From: Candidatus Falkowbacteria bacterium
Lineage (GTDB): Bacteria > Patescibacteriota > Patescibacteriia > UBA11705
Assembly (NCBI GenBank): GCA_003518055.1
Contig: DOZJ01000002.1
Span: 55,225 to 119,224, forward strand
DNA: 64,000 bases
Direction of reading: 5' to 3'
Part shown: positions 56,097 to 64,000 of the stretch, one piece after another
Layout: every line of letters begins with the position of its first letter
Numbering within the stretch: the first letter of the stretch is position 1
Notes under the pieces: model-generated
Told to the model about the DNA's origin: nothing
Seen by the model: only the letters and a program-made list of their open reading frames with translations
Databases searched by the model: none
Translations under genes and position numbers: made by a program

Positions 56097-56453
56097 ATGA
56101 GAGAATTATCTATCGCTGACCGGCGGTTAGTCGGCCAGATGGCCGAGAATTTCCGTGCTGAAGTCGAGCGGTTACAATCAGCTTATGCCAAGGCGCATCA
56201 GCAGATTAAACCCAAAAAAGATTTTGAGGCTGAAGCGCGCCAACTTGTTTTGCGTCAATATATCGGAGATAACTTATCTCAGGCGGATTTCAGTTTTTGG
56301 ACACGGCAGTTACGCCTCGAAGTCAAGGAACTGGACCGGTTGGCCAAAGAACGATTGCTCGCCGGCGCCAGACAACATGAACAAGAGATTGTTCATCGTC
56401 TGCCGGATGAGGACCAAGCTGAATATTGGCATGAACAAGGACGATTTCGTTAA
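56097..56453 (+). CDS. Hypothetical protein
   Basis: Start MRELSIADRR is preferred over the overlapping ATG at 56079. Confidence 0.4.
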   Translation: MRELSIADRRLVGQMAENFRAEVERLQSAYAKAHQQIKPKKDFEAEARQLVLRQYIGDNLSQADFSFWTRQLRLEVKELDRLAKERLLAGARQHEQEIVHRLPDEDQAEYWHEQGRFR

Positions 56454-56456
56454 TTT

Positions 56457-57416
56457 ATGAAAAAAATTATTTTAATTATAATTCTGATATTGCTGCCAAC
56501 CACCGTACTGGCCGCGTTTGATATTGATTTTACCTCTCAAGCTCCGGTCGGGGATTGGCGTCAACCGTGGCAGGATGCATGTGAAGAAACTTCGGTGGTG
56601 ATGGTGGATGCTTTTTATGGCGGTTATGACCTGACGGTTGATAAATCTGTGACCAAAATCAAAACTGTTTTTGCCATCAAAGAAAAATTTTTTGGTCCGA
56701 GTTATGATGAAACTGCCGGCCTTATCGTTGATATGATCAACCGGCATTTTCCTTGGGAATCGCGAGTGGTCGAAAACCCAACGCTTGATCAGATAAAGTT
56801 TGAGCTGGATGCCAGCCGTCCGGTTTTGGTGCCGGTTCATGGCGGTACGCTTAATAATCCCAATTATCATTCCGGCTCAATCGATTATCACATGATTGTG
56901 CTGATCGGTTATGACGACGCTCGCGGTGAATTTATGGCGCATGATCCGGGCACGCAATTCGGTTCTCGTCATCATTACAGTTACGATACCATTATGGCCG
57001 CCATGCATGATTTTTTGCCTAACGACCAGACATTAAGAGGCGCCAAAGTGGCGATTTTCACACAGCCTGACATTTCTCTCTCCGGTCAAACCGATGGCGA
57101 CAGGGACGGATTATTGAAAATTGACGAAATTAGATCAGGCGCCAACCTGTCACAAGCTGATACTGATCGAGATGGTTTTCTTGACGGCGAAGAAGTTCAG
57201 CAGGGGTATTCTCCGTTGGTGGCCGAGTTCAAACTGGGGGATAACCGATTGGTGCGCGACGCGGCGACTCAGCGGATCTATTTTATTTCCGGCAGCCAGA
57301 AAAGACATATTCAAACCCTCCCGACGGTATTCAGTTATGGCCGCCTTTATGGCGCGGTTGTTAATGTCAGCGCTAAATTCTTGAACAGTTTTGTTGACGG
57401 GCAGCCGATCCATTAG
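56457..57416 (+). CDS. Secreted papain-fold (C39-like) cysteine peptidase domain protein with Ca-binding D-x-D-x-D-G repeats
   Basis: Signal peptide. 'QPWQDACEETS' Cys context and a downstream His are C39_2-like. 'TDGDRDGLL' and 'TDRDGFLDGEE' repeats. Confidence 0.45.
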   Translation: MKKIILIIILILLPTTVLAAFDIDFTSQAPVGDWRQPWQDACEETSVVMVDAFYGGYDLTVDKSVTKIKTVFAIKEKFFGPSYDETAGLIVDMINRHFPWESRVVENPTLDQIKFELDASRPVLVPVHGGTLNNPNYHSGSIDYHMIVLIGYDDARGEFMAHDPGTQFGSRHHYSYDTIMAAMHDFLPNDQTLRGAKVAIFTQPDISLSGQTDGDRDGLLKIDEIRSGANLSQADTDRDGFLDGEEVQQGYSPLVAEFKLGDNRLVRDAATQRIYFISGSQKRHIQTLPTVFSYGRLYGAVVNVSAKFLNSFVDGQPIH

Positions 57417-57420
57417 CTTT

Positions 57421-57616
57421 CCCGCACTGAAGTACAGGAAAAATGATTCTGGCCGGTTTGGATCTTTTCCCGCACTAAAGTACGGGAAAAGAAGGATGGG
57501 AAAAATGGTTTAGGCCGGTTTGAATCCTTTCCCCGCACTAAAGTACGGGAAAAGAATGGTGGGAAAAATGATTTTAGCCGGTTTAGATATTTCCCCGCAC
57601 TTCAGTGCGGGAAGCG
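57421..57616. repeat. Tandem array (about 3.5 units of about 62 bp), each unit starting with a GC-stem hairpin ccc(c)gcac-t(a/t)(a/c)ag-t(a/g)cggg
   Basis: Units at 57421, 57468, 57531 and 57594. First and last hairpins carry reverse-complementary loops (ctgaag vs cttcag). Spacer parts are also repeated, so this is not a CRISPR. Confidence 0.75.
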
Positions 57617-57618
57617 GG

Positions 57619-57668
57619 CTCAATCTCTCAATCTTTCAATCTCTTAATCTCTTAATCTCTTAATCTCT
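57619..57668. repeat. Tandem 8-mer (c/t)aatctct x about 6, ending ...tctctcccaccccATG
   Basis: Same unit as the one upstream of dnaE. Confidence 0.8.
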
Positions 57669-57678
57669 CTCCCACCCC

Positions 57679-58128
57679 ATGTGCGCCGGTATTTCATTTC
57701 ATATTGATAAAATCAATCCTGAGGAACTGGATCGGTTTTTCCTGCCGGCAGAATACGATAGCCACCGCCGCGGCGACCGAGTTGAGGTTTTTTACTGGGA
57801 CCGTGATCCGTTTCTGCCGATTGAAGAAGACGATGGTGTTCATCTTTATCCTTGGGGCAACCGGGAAAAAGATTTGAAGCTGCCCAAAACCGGTTGGGCC
57901 AAGATTGAATCCATTCAAGATGGCCGCTGGGATTATCTGGCGCCGAAACTGGTCAAAATCCCCAGCCTGTCAGGCTATGAAAAAAAACACTGGTTTGGCA
58001 CGCCGGCCGGCATCAGAGGTATTAAGGTTCGCTTTCACAACCTGACTCGCGTTTATTTAGTCACCCAAAAAGCCGATCAAGAATTTTTCAGTAAAATCGG
58101 GCATGATCGGATGCCAATTCAATTTTAA
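57679..58128 (+). CDS. Hypothetical 149-aa protein with N-terminal Met-Cys
   Basis: Stop is 3 nt before the giant ORF start. Confidence 0.5.
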   Translation: MCAGISFHIDKINPEELDRFFLPAEYDSHRRGDRVEVFYWDRDPFLPIEEDDGVHLYPWGNREKDLKLPKTGWAKIESIQDGRWDYLAPKLVKIPSLSGYEKKHWFGTPAGIRGIKVRFHNLTRVYLVTQKADQEFFSKIGHDRMPIQF

Positions 58129-58131
58129 TTT

Positions 58132-61100
58132 ATGTCAGAAGGCGTCTCATACAATTCAAAAATTTCTCATGAGCTAACCGAATCCAAATCCGTCTTGGAA
58201 TCGGAGATTGAACTCATGGGCAATTTAAATCTTGCCAAAAAATATTTTCGAGAAGAAGAGGCTTTTATTTCCTATCTGAAAGAATTGAAAGGGCAAGAAG
58301 AAGAAAGCCAGAAAAAAAAGACCGACCTCCCGTTTGATCTTGATATCGAAGCCAAACAATTGGCTGAAATGCTGGCGGTCAAAGCTCAAGACAACATTGT
58401 TGGCAGTTTTTTGTTGTCCCTCGCTGGAGGCAGCCGGCTTTGGGCCCAGACCATTAAGTATTATCTTGATATGATCGGCGCTGATTGGGATGAATGGCAC
58501 CGATTGGGCCGAGATATTGAAGGACACGTGGAGTATGATTGGGATTTTCGATCCCGGGATCAGGCTCATGCTCTTGGGGCTTGTTTCAGAAATTTTGATT
58601 TTGACGGTTCGTATGATGTTGAAAGACTGCAGGTTTCGTTTGGTAGCCCGGAGCGGTTTCAAAACAAAAGGAACATCATGTTTTCTCGCTTTATCCGTTT
58701 TGGTCAGCAGCATATCAAGGCTGAATACAGGGAAGTTCAATCAGCTTTGTCATCTGTCTCAATCATCTCGGCCGACAGAATTGCGGACCGCTCATCTGAG
58801 TTGGTTGAAAATATTTTAGCAGGCATCCATGCCAAGCCTTATTCTGACCAAATACAAAATTTGACCAAAATGATAGAGACAGGCCTTGGCGATATTGTTT
58901 TGTTTCATTTGGAAGAATTTAAAATTCAGGATTCCGACCGGTCAGATTTGATTTATTCCATTGGTTCTCATGATCCGGAATTATTTTTTGCTCATTTTGA
59001 TGAATTCAATCTCATTGGACACGCTCAAGCTGAAGAGTTGTTTATGAATCTCTTGGACCGAGAGCCAAGGTTGGCTTTGGCTCACTTGGAGCAGTCTGGT
59101 TTGGATCCCAATCCGGTTATCGACTATCTGATTCACAATCACCCTAAACTTTTTATTCATTATTTGGATGAATTTCTGGTGACTCTGATCCCCGAAGGCA
59201 AAATGGCAGAGTGTGTTCACGCTATCAATAAATATTTTGACCGGCTTTATACCGGAAATCCGGCTAGAGCTGTCAATGAACTCTATGGCTTAAAAATCAA
59301 TAATCCGGTTATTAATGGTTTGATTGAAAAATATTATCTTGAAGCACTTCAAATATTTGTTCCTGATGTATATCAAGAGTTGTTAAAAATCCAGTCCGCT
59401 ATTGAAGACGAAGATAAGGATATAATTTTTTCCAAAAATCAAGATTTCCAACCGGTAATCAAATATTTTAAAGAGAAAGGTTTAAATCGGGGCTACGCTG
59501 ATATCCTTGCTTTGGCCGTTGCCGCAGATGATAAGCTGAGGACCATTAAGGCAACATATAATGGTCATGAGTATGATGAAGACATTAGTTTTCGTTATGG
59601 CGCGTCGCATTTTCGGGATGCTGACAATAGGATTGTTCCGGGTCATAGTTCATCTGAGGTGGTTCATCGTTATCTCATTGATAAATTTGTCCGAGAGGAA
59701 GACTGGCATAATGCTATCCATAGCTGGGTGGCCTTTTTCCGAGATGGGATGACGGCCAACTCGAACGATCTCGAGTTTTTTGAAGATCTGTTATTCAATG
59801 TATTGAGATCTGCGCCTGAAATAATTATGAATACTGCAATCTTGGAAGATCTGCCGAAATATCGATTTCCTCGGGAAAAAGAACTTCTTGATATCATGGT
59901 CAAGTTGACGGACGATTGGTTCTTTTTCCAGTCTGGTAAAAACGCCGAGGCTTTGCGCAGCCGGTTGAGCGAGTCGCAAAAATTGACTCTGATCAATAAA
60001 CTCATAGAGCAAAATCCGGTTTATCTGGCTGAAAAATTCAAATTGATCAGGCTCAAGAACAAAAAACAGGAATATGAGATGTTGCGCCGGTTGATCAGGG
60101 ATGGGATTGAACCGTTTAGCTATTTTTCTTCTCCCGGCCAAGCGCTCAAAATTTTACTGGCCAGCAATGTCGGTCGTTTGTGGGACGGCTATCAAGATCC
60201 GGAGCACAGGCGGGAAATAATCAGCCATCTTTTATCCATCAAGGATACGATCTCTCCGGAGACTTGGGATTTTATTCAATCAATTCAAAAAGAATCACAT
60301 CGTTCCTATGATATCAGTCAATTGTCCTTAGACAGCTTCAAAGCAATTGACTATGTTCGCCAAAATAAGCCTGAAATTTTTCAAAAGCTACAGGGACCGA
60401 GAGCTGACTTCAGGCTCAAGATGTTTGAATGTTTCGAGCGGCTTAATACCCAAAATGTCAATCAGCTGACGCGCATTTTGTCGGATATAGAAGAACTATC
60501 AGATGGTATCGAGTCTAAATTACGTCGAAAGGTTGAATCGTATTCTGTTGTTCGCAACGCTGCTCCGGCTGAGAGAGAGAGAATCATTAAAGATCAAATT
60601 CAAGCAGCGATTCACAATCTCAAAGAGCCCGAGAGAAGTATATATGGGACTCTGCGTTCAGCTTATAGTGATGAGGTCTATGATTATATCGCCTTGGCCT
60701 TGGCCACTCAAAGAAAATTGCCTGATTTGATTACTACAATCAATAAAGTTCAGGAAGGCCTCAAGGATGAATCGTCAAAGCGCTATATTTCCGAAGACAA
60801 GCTTTTAGATTTTTGTTTGCGGGACAATCAAATCACAGCCAGATACAACTTGCTCAGAAACAATGTTAGTCAATTAAAAGCATTCAATATATTATTTGGA
60901 GATAATTTGTTTGAATCTCCGTTTCAAGGCGGGCGACAGGAATTGCTGTACTTGGATCTGTTATTTGATGCCCCCCCGGACAGACAGCAGGCGATTTTGG
61001 GCGGAGCGGTTGACTTTGATTCACTGAGCCGCGGGTTGGAGCGGGTTGAAGTTATCAAGTTGACTTTGCAGCTGCTGCCATATTTGGAGTTTGAAAAAGG

Positions 61101-62700
61101 CCAAAGTGAAGTGGAGCTTTTTCAGGGGTATATCCGAGAATTTGGCCTCCTAAATGAGCCTGTAATTTTTTCTGAATACAAAAAAATCAAACAAGGCAGT
61201 GCAGTTTCTCCTGCCTTTGCTTCCTTGGGGGTAAAAAATTTGCCGGCAGTGGCCGGGGAATCAGAAACTGAAGCCAATCGCCGAATCAGCCGGATGCTCA
61301 ATAATATCAGGCACGTGATGAGGCAGCTGAGAGATGATATTATTTTGACCGGCGAAATCAACCCTGACCTTTTGACCAATGACTTAGCTTTGGCTGTTTT
61401 TCGGTCCTCTACTCATTTTGATGAAAGTCAATGGCGCCGGTCATATAGTTTTGAAAAAATGATTGCAGAATTTTATCAAGAAACGGATCAGGGGCTGATT
61501 GCCCCCTTGCCTCGGGAATACCGAGCTGAAATTTTCACGGTTAAAAAGCTGGCCGATGAGAATGAAATTCCGGAGTTTGAATTTTCAGAAGTATCAGCCA
61601 GTCAATTTGAGCGTTTTATCGCTGTCGCCAATGAAACTCTGCGTTTGATTGATTTTCATGGATCAGGCCCGGCTGCTTTCAGAGAAATTGCCACTCGCTG
61701 TCAAGCTGGTTTGCGTGAGTATCTGGACAGTTTATCAGCCAATCTTGAACAAACAAAATCCAACTCCAGTCTGCCGGCAGATAAAAAGGAAAAAATTATC
61801 TCTAGTCTGGAGTCACAGTTTAAAGCTCATCAACAGCTATTCCTAGCTCTGGATCACCCTGAAAACATTGTTCAGGCTTTAGCTGATTTTGAAATTCAGC
61901 AGCAAATTAAAAAAGAGAATAAGTATACCAGTCCCTTTTTACGTTTAGCTTCTCTAGTGGCCAGTTATGGGCAGGATCCCAAAGTGGCCGACCTTCTGCA
62001 GAATATCTCCAAAGAAGATGACATCAATTCGGCGGCCTTGCGTCAAATTGGTGAGTTGGTCAACAACAATTTAGCTCAACATGCATTGCCCGCTTTAAAT
62101 TTATCTAATAAACAGATCGCCAAGATAAGACAAATATTGGGCATATCGACATTTAGCGATGAATTGTCTCGGATTCAAGGTTATGAAAGCGGCCGGTTTG
62201 AAGAGTTCGGCATGCTGCCCACCCGTGGTTTTCTCGGAGAACTCAGCGGTTATTATTGCGACGCTTGCTGGACCAGCCGCACTTCTATCATGAAGGCAAA
62301 CCCTCGAATGACTGCGGTGGCGTTTGTCGGTAATTTGGAAAATGAAGCTCAGCGCAAAATTGTGGGTGGCAGTCTTTTGATTGAAACCGAAGCCGGCGGC
62401 GAAAAAGTGATGATCATTCGAGGCTTCAACCCAAAACAAAATACTCTGGCCGGCGCCAATGCTGAAGATTTTTTTGAACAATTTTCCAGTTCTGTGGCTA
62501 GAATTGCCAAAGACCGCGGCTGCACCAAAGTGATTGCTCCGGTTTTTAATCCGGGGGCCATGAGCAATCGTCAGGAGGTGTTGAGTTATATGGATAAGCG
62601 TTATAGCAAAAGTAAAAAGGTAAAACTTGATGAGGAGATATCTTTCAATGGTTATAATCTGGTTACCAGTTGCGTAGTAATACGCGATTTAAAGTCTTAA
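58132..62700 (+). CDS. Giant hypothetical cytoplasmic protein (1522 aa), no recognisable domains
   Basis: Uninterrupted frame. Largely helical-looking. C-terminal about 200 aa Gly/Cys-containing globular region. No signal peptide. Confidence 0.7.
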   Translation: MSEGVSYNSKISHELTESKSVLESEIELMGNLNLAKKYFREEEAFISYLKELKGQEEESQKKKTDLPFDLDIEAKQLAEMLAVKAQDNIVGSFLLSLAGGSRLWAQTIKYYLDMIGADWDEWHRLGRDIEGHVEYDWDFRSRDQAHALGACFRNFDFDGSYDVERLQVSFGSPERFQNKRNIMFSRFIRFGQQHIKAEYREVQSALSSVSIISADRIADRSSELVENILAGIHAKPYSDQIQNLTKMIETGLGDIVLFHLEEFKIQDSDRSDLIYSIGSHDPELFFAHFDEFNLIGHAQAEELFMNLLDREPRLALAHLEQSGLDPNPVIDYLIHNHPKLFIHYLDEFLVTLIPEGKMAECVHAINKYFDRLYTGNPARAVNELYGLKINNPVINGLIEKYYLEALQIFVPDVYQELLKIQSAIEDEDKDIIFSKNQDFQPVIKYFKEKGLNRGYADILALAVAADDKLRTIKATYNGHEYDEDISFRYGASHFRDADNRIVPGHSSSEVVHRYLIDKFVREEDWHNAIHSWVAFFRDGMTANSNDLEFFEDLLFNVLRSAPEIIMNTAILEDLPKYRFPREKELLDIMVKLTDDWFFFQSGKNAEALRSRLSESQKLTLINKLIEQNPVYLAEKFKLIRLKNKKQEYEMLRRLIRDGIEPFSYFSSPGQALKILLASNVGRLWDGYQDPEHRREIISHLLSIKDTISPETWDFIQSIQKESHRSYDISQLSLDSFKAIDYVRQNKPEIFQKLQGPRADFRLKMFECFERLNTQNVNQLTRILSDIEELSDGIESKLRRKVESYSVVRNAAPAERERIIKDQIQAAIHNLKEPERSIYGTLRSAYSDEVYDYIALALATQRKLPDLITTINKVQEGLKDESSKRYISEDKLLDFCLRDNQITARYNLLRNNVSQLKAFNILFGDNLFESPFQGGRQELLYLDLLFDAPPDRQQAILGGAVDFDSLSRGLERVEVIKLTLQLLPYLEFEKGQSEVELFQGYIREFGLLNEPVIFSEYKKIKQGSAVSPAFASLGVKNLPAVAGESETEANRRISRMLNNIRHVMRQLRDDIILTGEINPDLLTNDLALAVFRSSTHFDESQWRRSYSFEKMIAEFYQETDQGLIAPLPREYRAEIFTVKKLADENEIPEFEFSEVSASQFERFIAVANETLRLIDFHGSGPAAFREIATRCQAGLREYLDSLSANLEQTKSNSSLPADKKEKIISSLESQFKAHQQLFLALDHPENIVQALADFEIQQQIKKENKYTSPFLRLASLVASYGQDPKVADLLQNISKEDDINSAALRQIGELVNNNLAQHALPALNLSNKQIAKIRQILGISTFSDELSRIQGYESGRFEEFGMLPTRGFLGELSGYYCDACWTSRTSIMKANPRMTAVAFVGNLENEAQRKIVGGSLLIETEAGGEKVMIIRGFNPKQNTLAGANAEDFFEQFSSSVARIAKDRGCTKVIAPVFNPGAMSNRQEVLSYMDKRYSKSKKVKLDEEISFNGYNLVTSCVVIRDLKS

Positions 62701-62739
62701 TTAGTACAATTAAAAATTATTTTGATCAATTAGGTTAAT

Positions 62740-63657
62740 TTGTATAATTATTATAATTTTTTTATGCTCTGGCTCATCATAACCATATCCGCCCACATTT
62801 TGAATGCTTTGGTTTTTGTTCTGACCAAAGCCCTGCTGGAAAAATACATTACCAATGAAAAAGTTTTCGCGATTCTAATCGGCATTCTCGGGTTGGCTGC
62901 TTTTGCTCTGGCTCCCTTGGGTTTAACGCTTCCTTCCTTTTTGAACTTCACCATTGATATCCTTGCCGGCGCCGCATTTGTCTGGGCGTTGTATTTCTTT
63001 TATCTGGTGTTGAAAAAGTTTGACGCTTCGACCGTGGTGCCGGTCAGCGGCGCATCAGTACCGATTTTTACGTTTATTTTATCTTTCATCTTTTTGCATG
63101 AGCGGTTGAGTCTTCGGGAAGTGATGGCTTTTGGTTTGTTAATTATCGGCACCGTTGTTATTTCCTTGGCCAAATCCAAACACCCATTATCATGGAAGGC
63201 TTTCTATATCGCCGTTTTATCCGGATTTACCTTTGCTCTGTCCTATTTCCTGACGAAATTCGCCTATGACACGCATGATTTTGTCAGCGCTTTTGTCTGG
63301 ATGCGGGCCGGATCATTGATTGGCGCTTTGGTTTTACTTTTGGATTCCAAAGCCAGAGCCGCCACATGGATGATTGTCCGGAAAACATCGATCAAAGTTA
63401 AAATTTCCATTCTCGGCGTCATGGCTTTGGCCGCGGCCGCGTTTGTGTTGTTGAATTGGGGCATTTCGCTTGCCAGCGTCAGTCTGGTCAACGCGCTGCA
63501 AGGGGTTCAGTACGCCTTTTTAATTATCATTGTTATTTTGGGTAATCTGTTCCTGCCAAAATTAATCAAAGAAAAAATCCGCGGCTGGGCTTTGGCGCAA
63601 AAAATATTGGCCATTGTCTTCATCGGCGGAGGAATCGCGCTCTTAGCCTTTGTTTGA
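62740..63657 (+). CDS. EamA/DMT-family transporter (10 TM)
   Basis: Two EamA-like halves with 'ERLSLREVMAFGLLIIGTVVIS'. Confidence 0.75.
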   Translation: MYNYYNFFMLWLIITISAHILNALVFVLTKALLEKYITNEKVFAILIGILGLAAFALAPLGLTLPSFLNFTIDILAGAAFVWALYFFYLVLKKFDASTVVPVSGASVPIFTFILSFIFLHERLSLREVMAFGLLIIGTVVISLAKSKHPLSWKAFYIAVLSGFTFALSYFLTKFAYDTHDFVSAFVWMRAGSLIGALVLLLDSKARAATWMIVRKTSIKVKISILGVMALAAAAFVLLNWGISLASVSLVNALQGVQYAFLIIIVILGNLFLPKLIKEKIRGWALAQKILAIVFIGGGIALLAFV

Positions 63658-63660
63658 TCT

Positions 63661-64000
63661 ATGCCAAGCACTCTCGAACAACTCGGTATCAAATCAGACT
63701 TTGAATTCATTGACCCTGATCATCAGCAGCAGGCTTTGAAATTGTATCAGAAGGTGGTTCGAGTCGCAGGTGATCGTTCATTCGATCAGCTTGTGAATGA
63801 CGCGGATTTTTTAGATTTAGCGGCTGAATTTATCCGAAGGCTTCAGGAATTTATCACAGCTGAGAATGAGGTAAGGGAAAAGTGGAATAAAAATGACCTT
63901 TCCCAGTGGGTGTTGTCCAGCGGTATAGCCAACTCTAATGATGGAGCTTTATACTTTATCCATACCACGTTCAATATGCAAAAAGATGGAGATATTTCTA
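63661..64000 (+). CDS. Hypothetical protein, 3'-partial (runs off window)
   Basis: ATG at 63661. Open frame to the end of the window. Confidence 0.4.
   Translation, partial: MPSTLEQLGIKSDFEFIDPDHQQQALKLYQKVVRVAGDRSFDQLVNDADFLDLAAEFIRRLQEFITAENEVREKWNKNDLSQWVLSSGIANSNDGALYFIHTTFNMQKDGDIS

Noticed and set aside
57421-57616. Possible CRISPR array (regularly spaced palindromic repeats)
   Set aside because: The inter-hairpin segments are themselves repeated (gggaaaaatg..ttt(a)ggccggtttg(a)atc), so the whole 62-bp unit is tandemly duplicated. There are no unique spacers and no cas genes nearby.
1-64000. Prophage, integrative element or rRNA operon
   Set aside because: No integrase, capsid, terminase or recombinase genes, and no rRNA-like sequence recognised anywhere in the window.

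Overview
This 64-kb window reads as a compact, strongly plus-strand-biased bacterial chromosome segment. The gene content suggests a Candidate Phyla Radiation / Patescibacteria-type organism; this is inference, not a database result. The pointers are a ThrRS lacking the N-terminal TGS region, DUF4012-like, PEGA, GerMN/Gmad2 and subtilisin+FG-GAP proteins, many small hypotheticals, and housekeeping genes with no Shine-Dalgarno whose leaders are G-depleted or short tandem repeats.

Secure calls are:
- DNA polymerase III alpha (dnaE)
- threonyl-tRNA synthetase (thrS)
- D-Tyr-tRNA deacylase (dtd)
- UDP-GlcNAc enolpyruvyl transferase (murA)
- CTP synthase (pyrG)
- ribosomal protein L9
- MsrA and MsrB
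- HIT family protein
- two Nudix hydrolases
- a CoA-binding protein
- S41 C-terminal processing peptidase
- a subtilase
- a GIY-YIG nuclease next to a tRNA-Gln(UUG) on the minus strand
- a complete but scattered dTDP-rhamnose pathway: RmlC, RmlB and an RmlD-RmlA fusion
- three family-2 glycosyltransferases plus a GT28-like glycosyltransferase
- an IS200/RAYT-like Y1 transposase bracketed by palindromic hairpins

The most interesting material is a dispersed class of at least eleven uncharacterised genes, several clearly GC-richer than their neighbours. Each carries near-consensus TTGACA-17-(TGn)TATAAT-type promoters plus strong AAGGAGG ribosome-binding sites, which the housekeeping genes lack. 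Also interesting are a hairpin tandem-repeat array at 57.4 kb sitting directly before a translationally coupled 149-aa + 1522-aa gene pair with no recognisable domains, and an isolated minus-strand 408-aa protein with weak nucleotidyltransferase-like features. All motif calls are from reading the sequence. No searches or computations were run.
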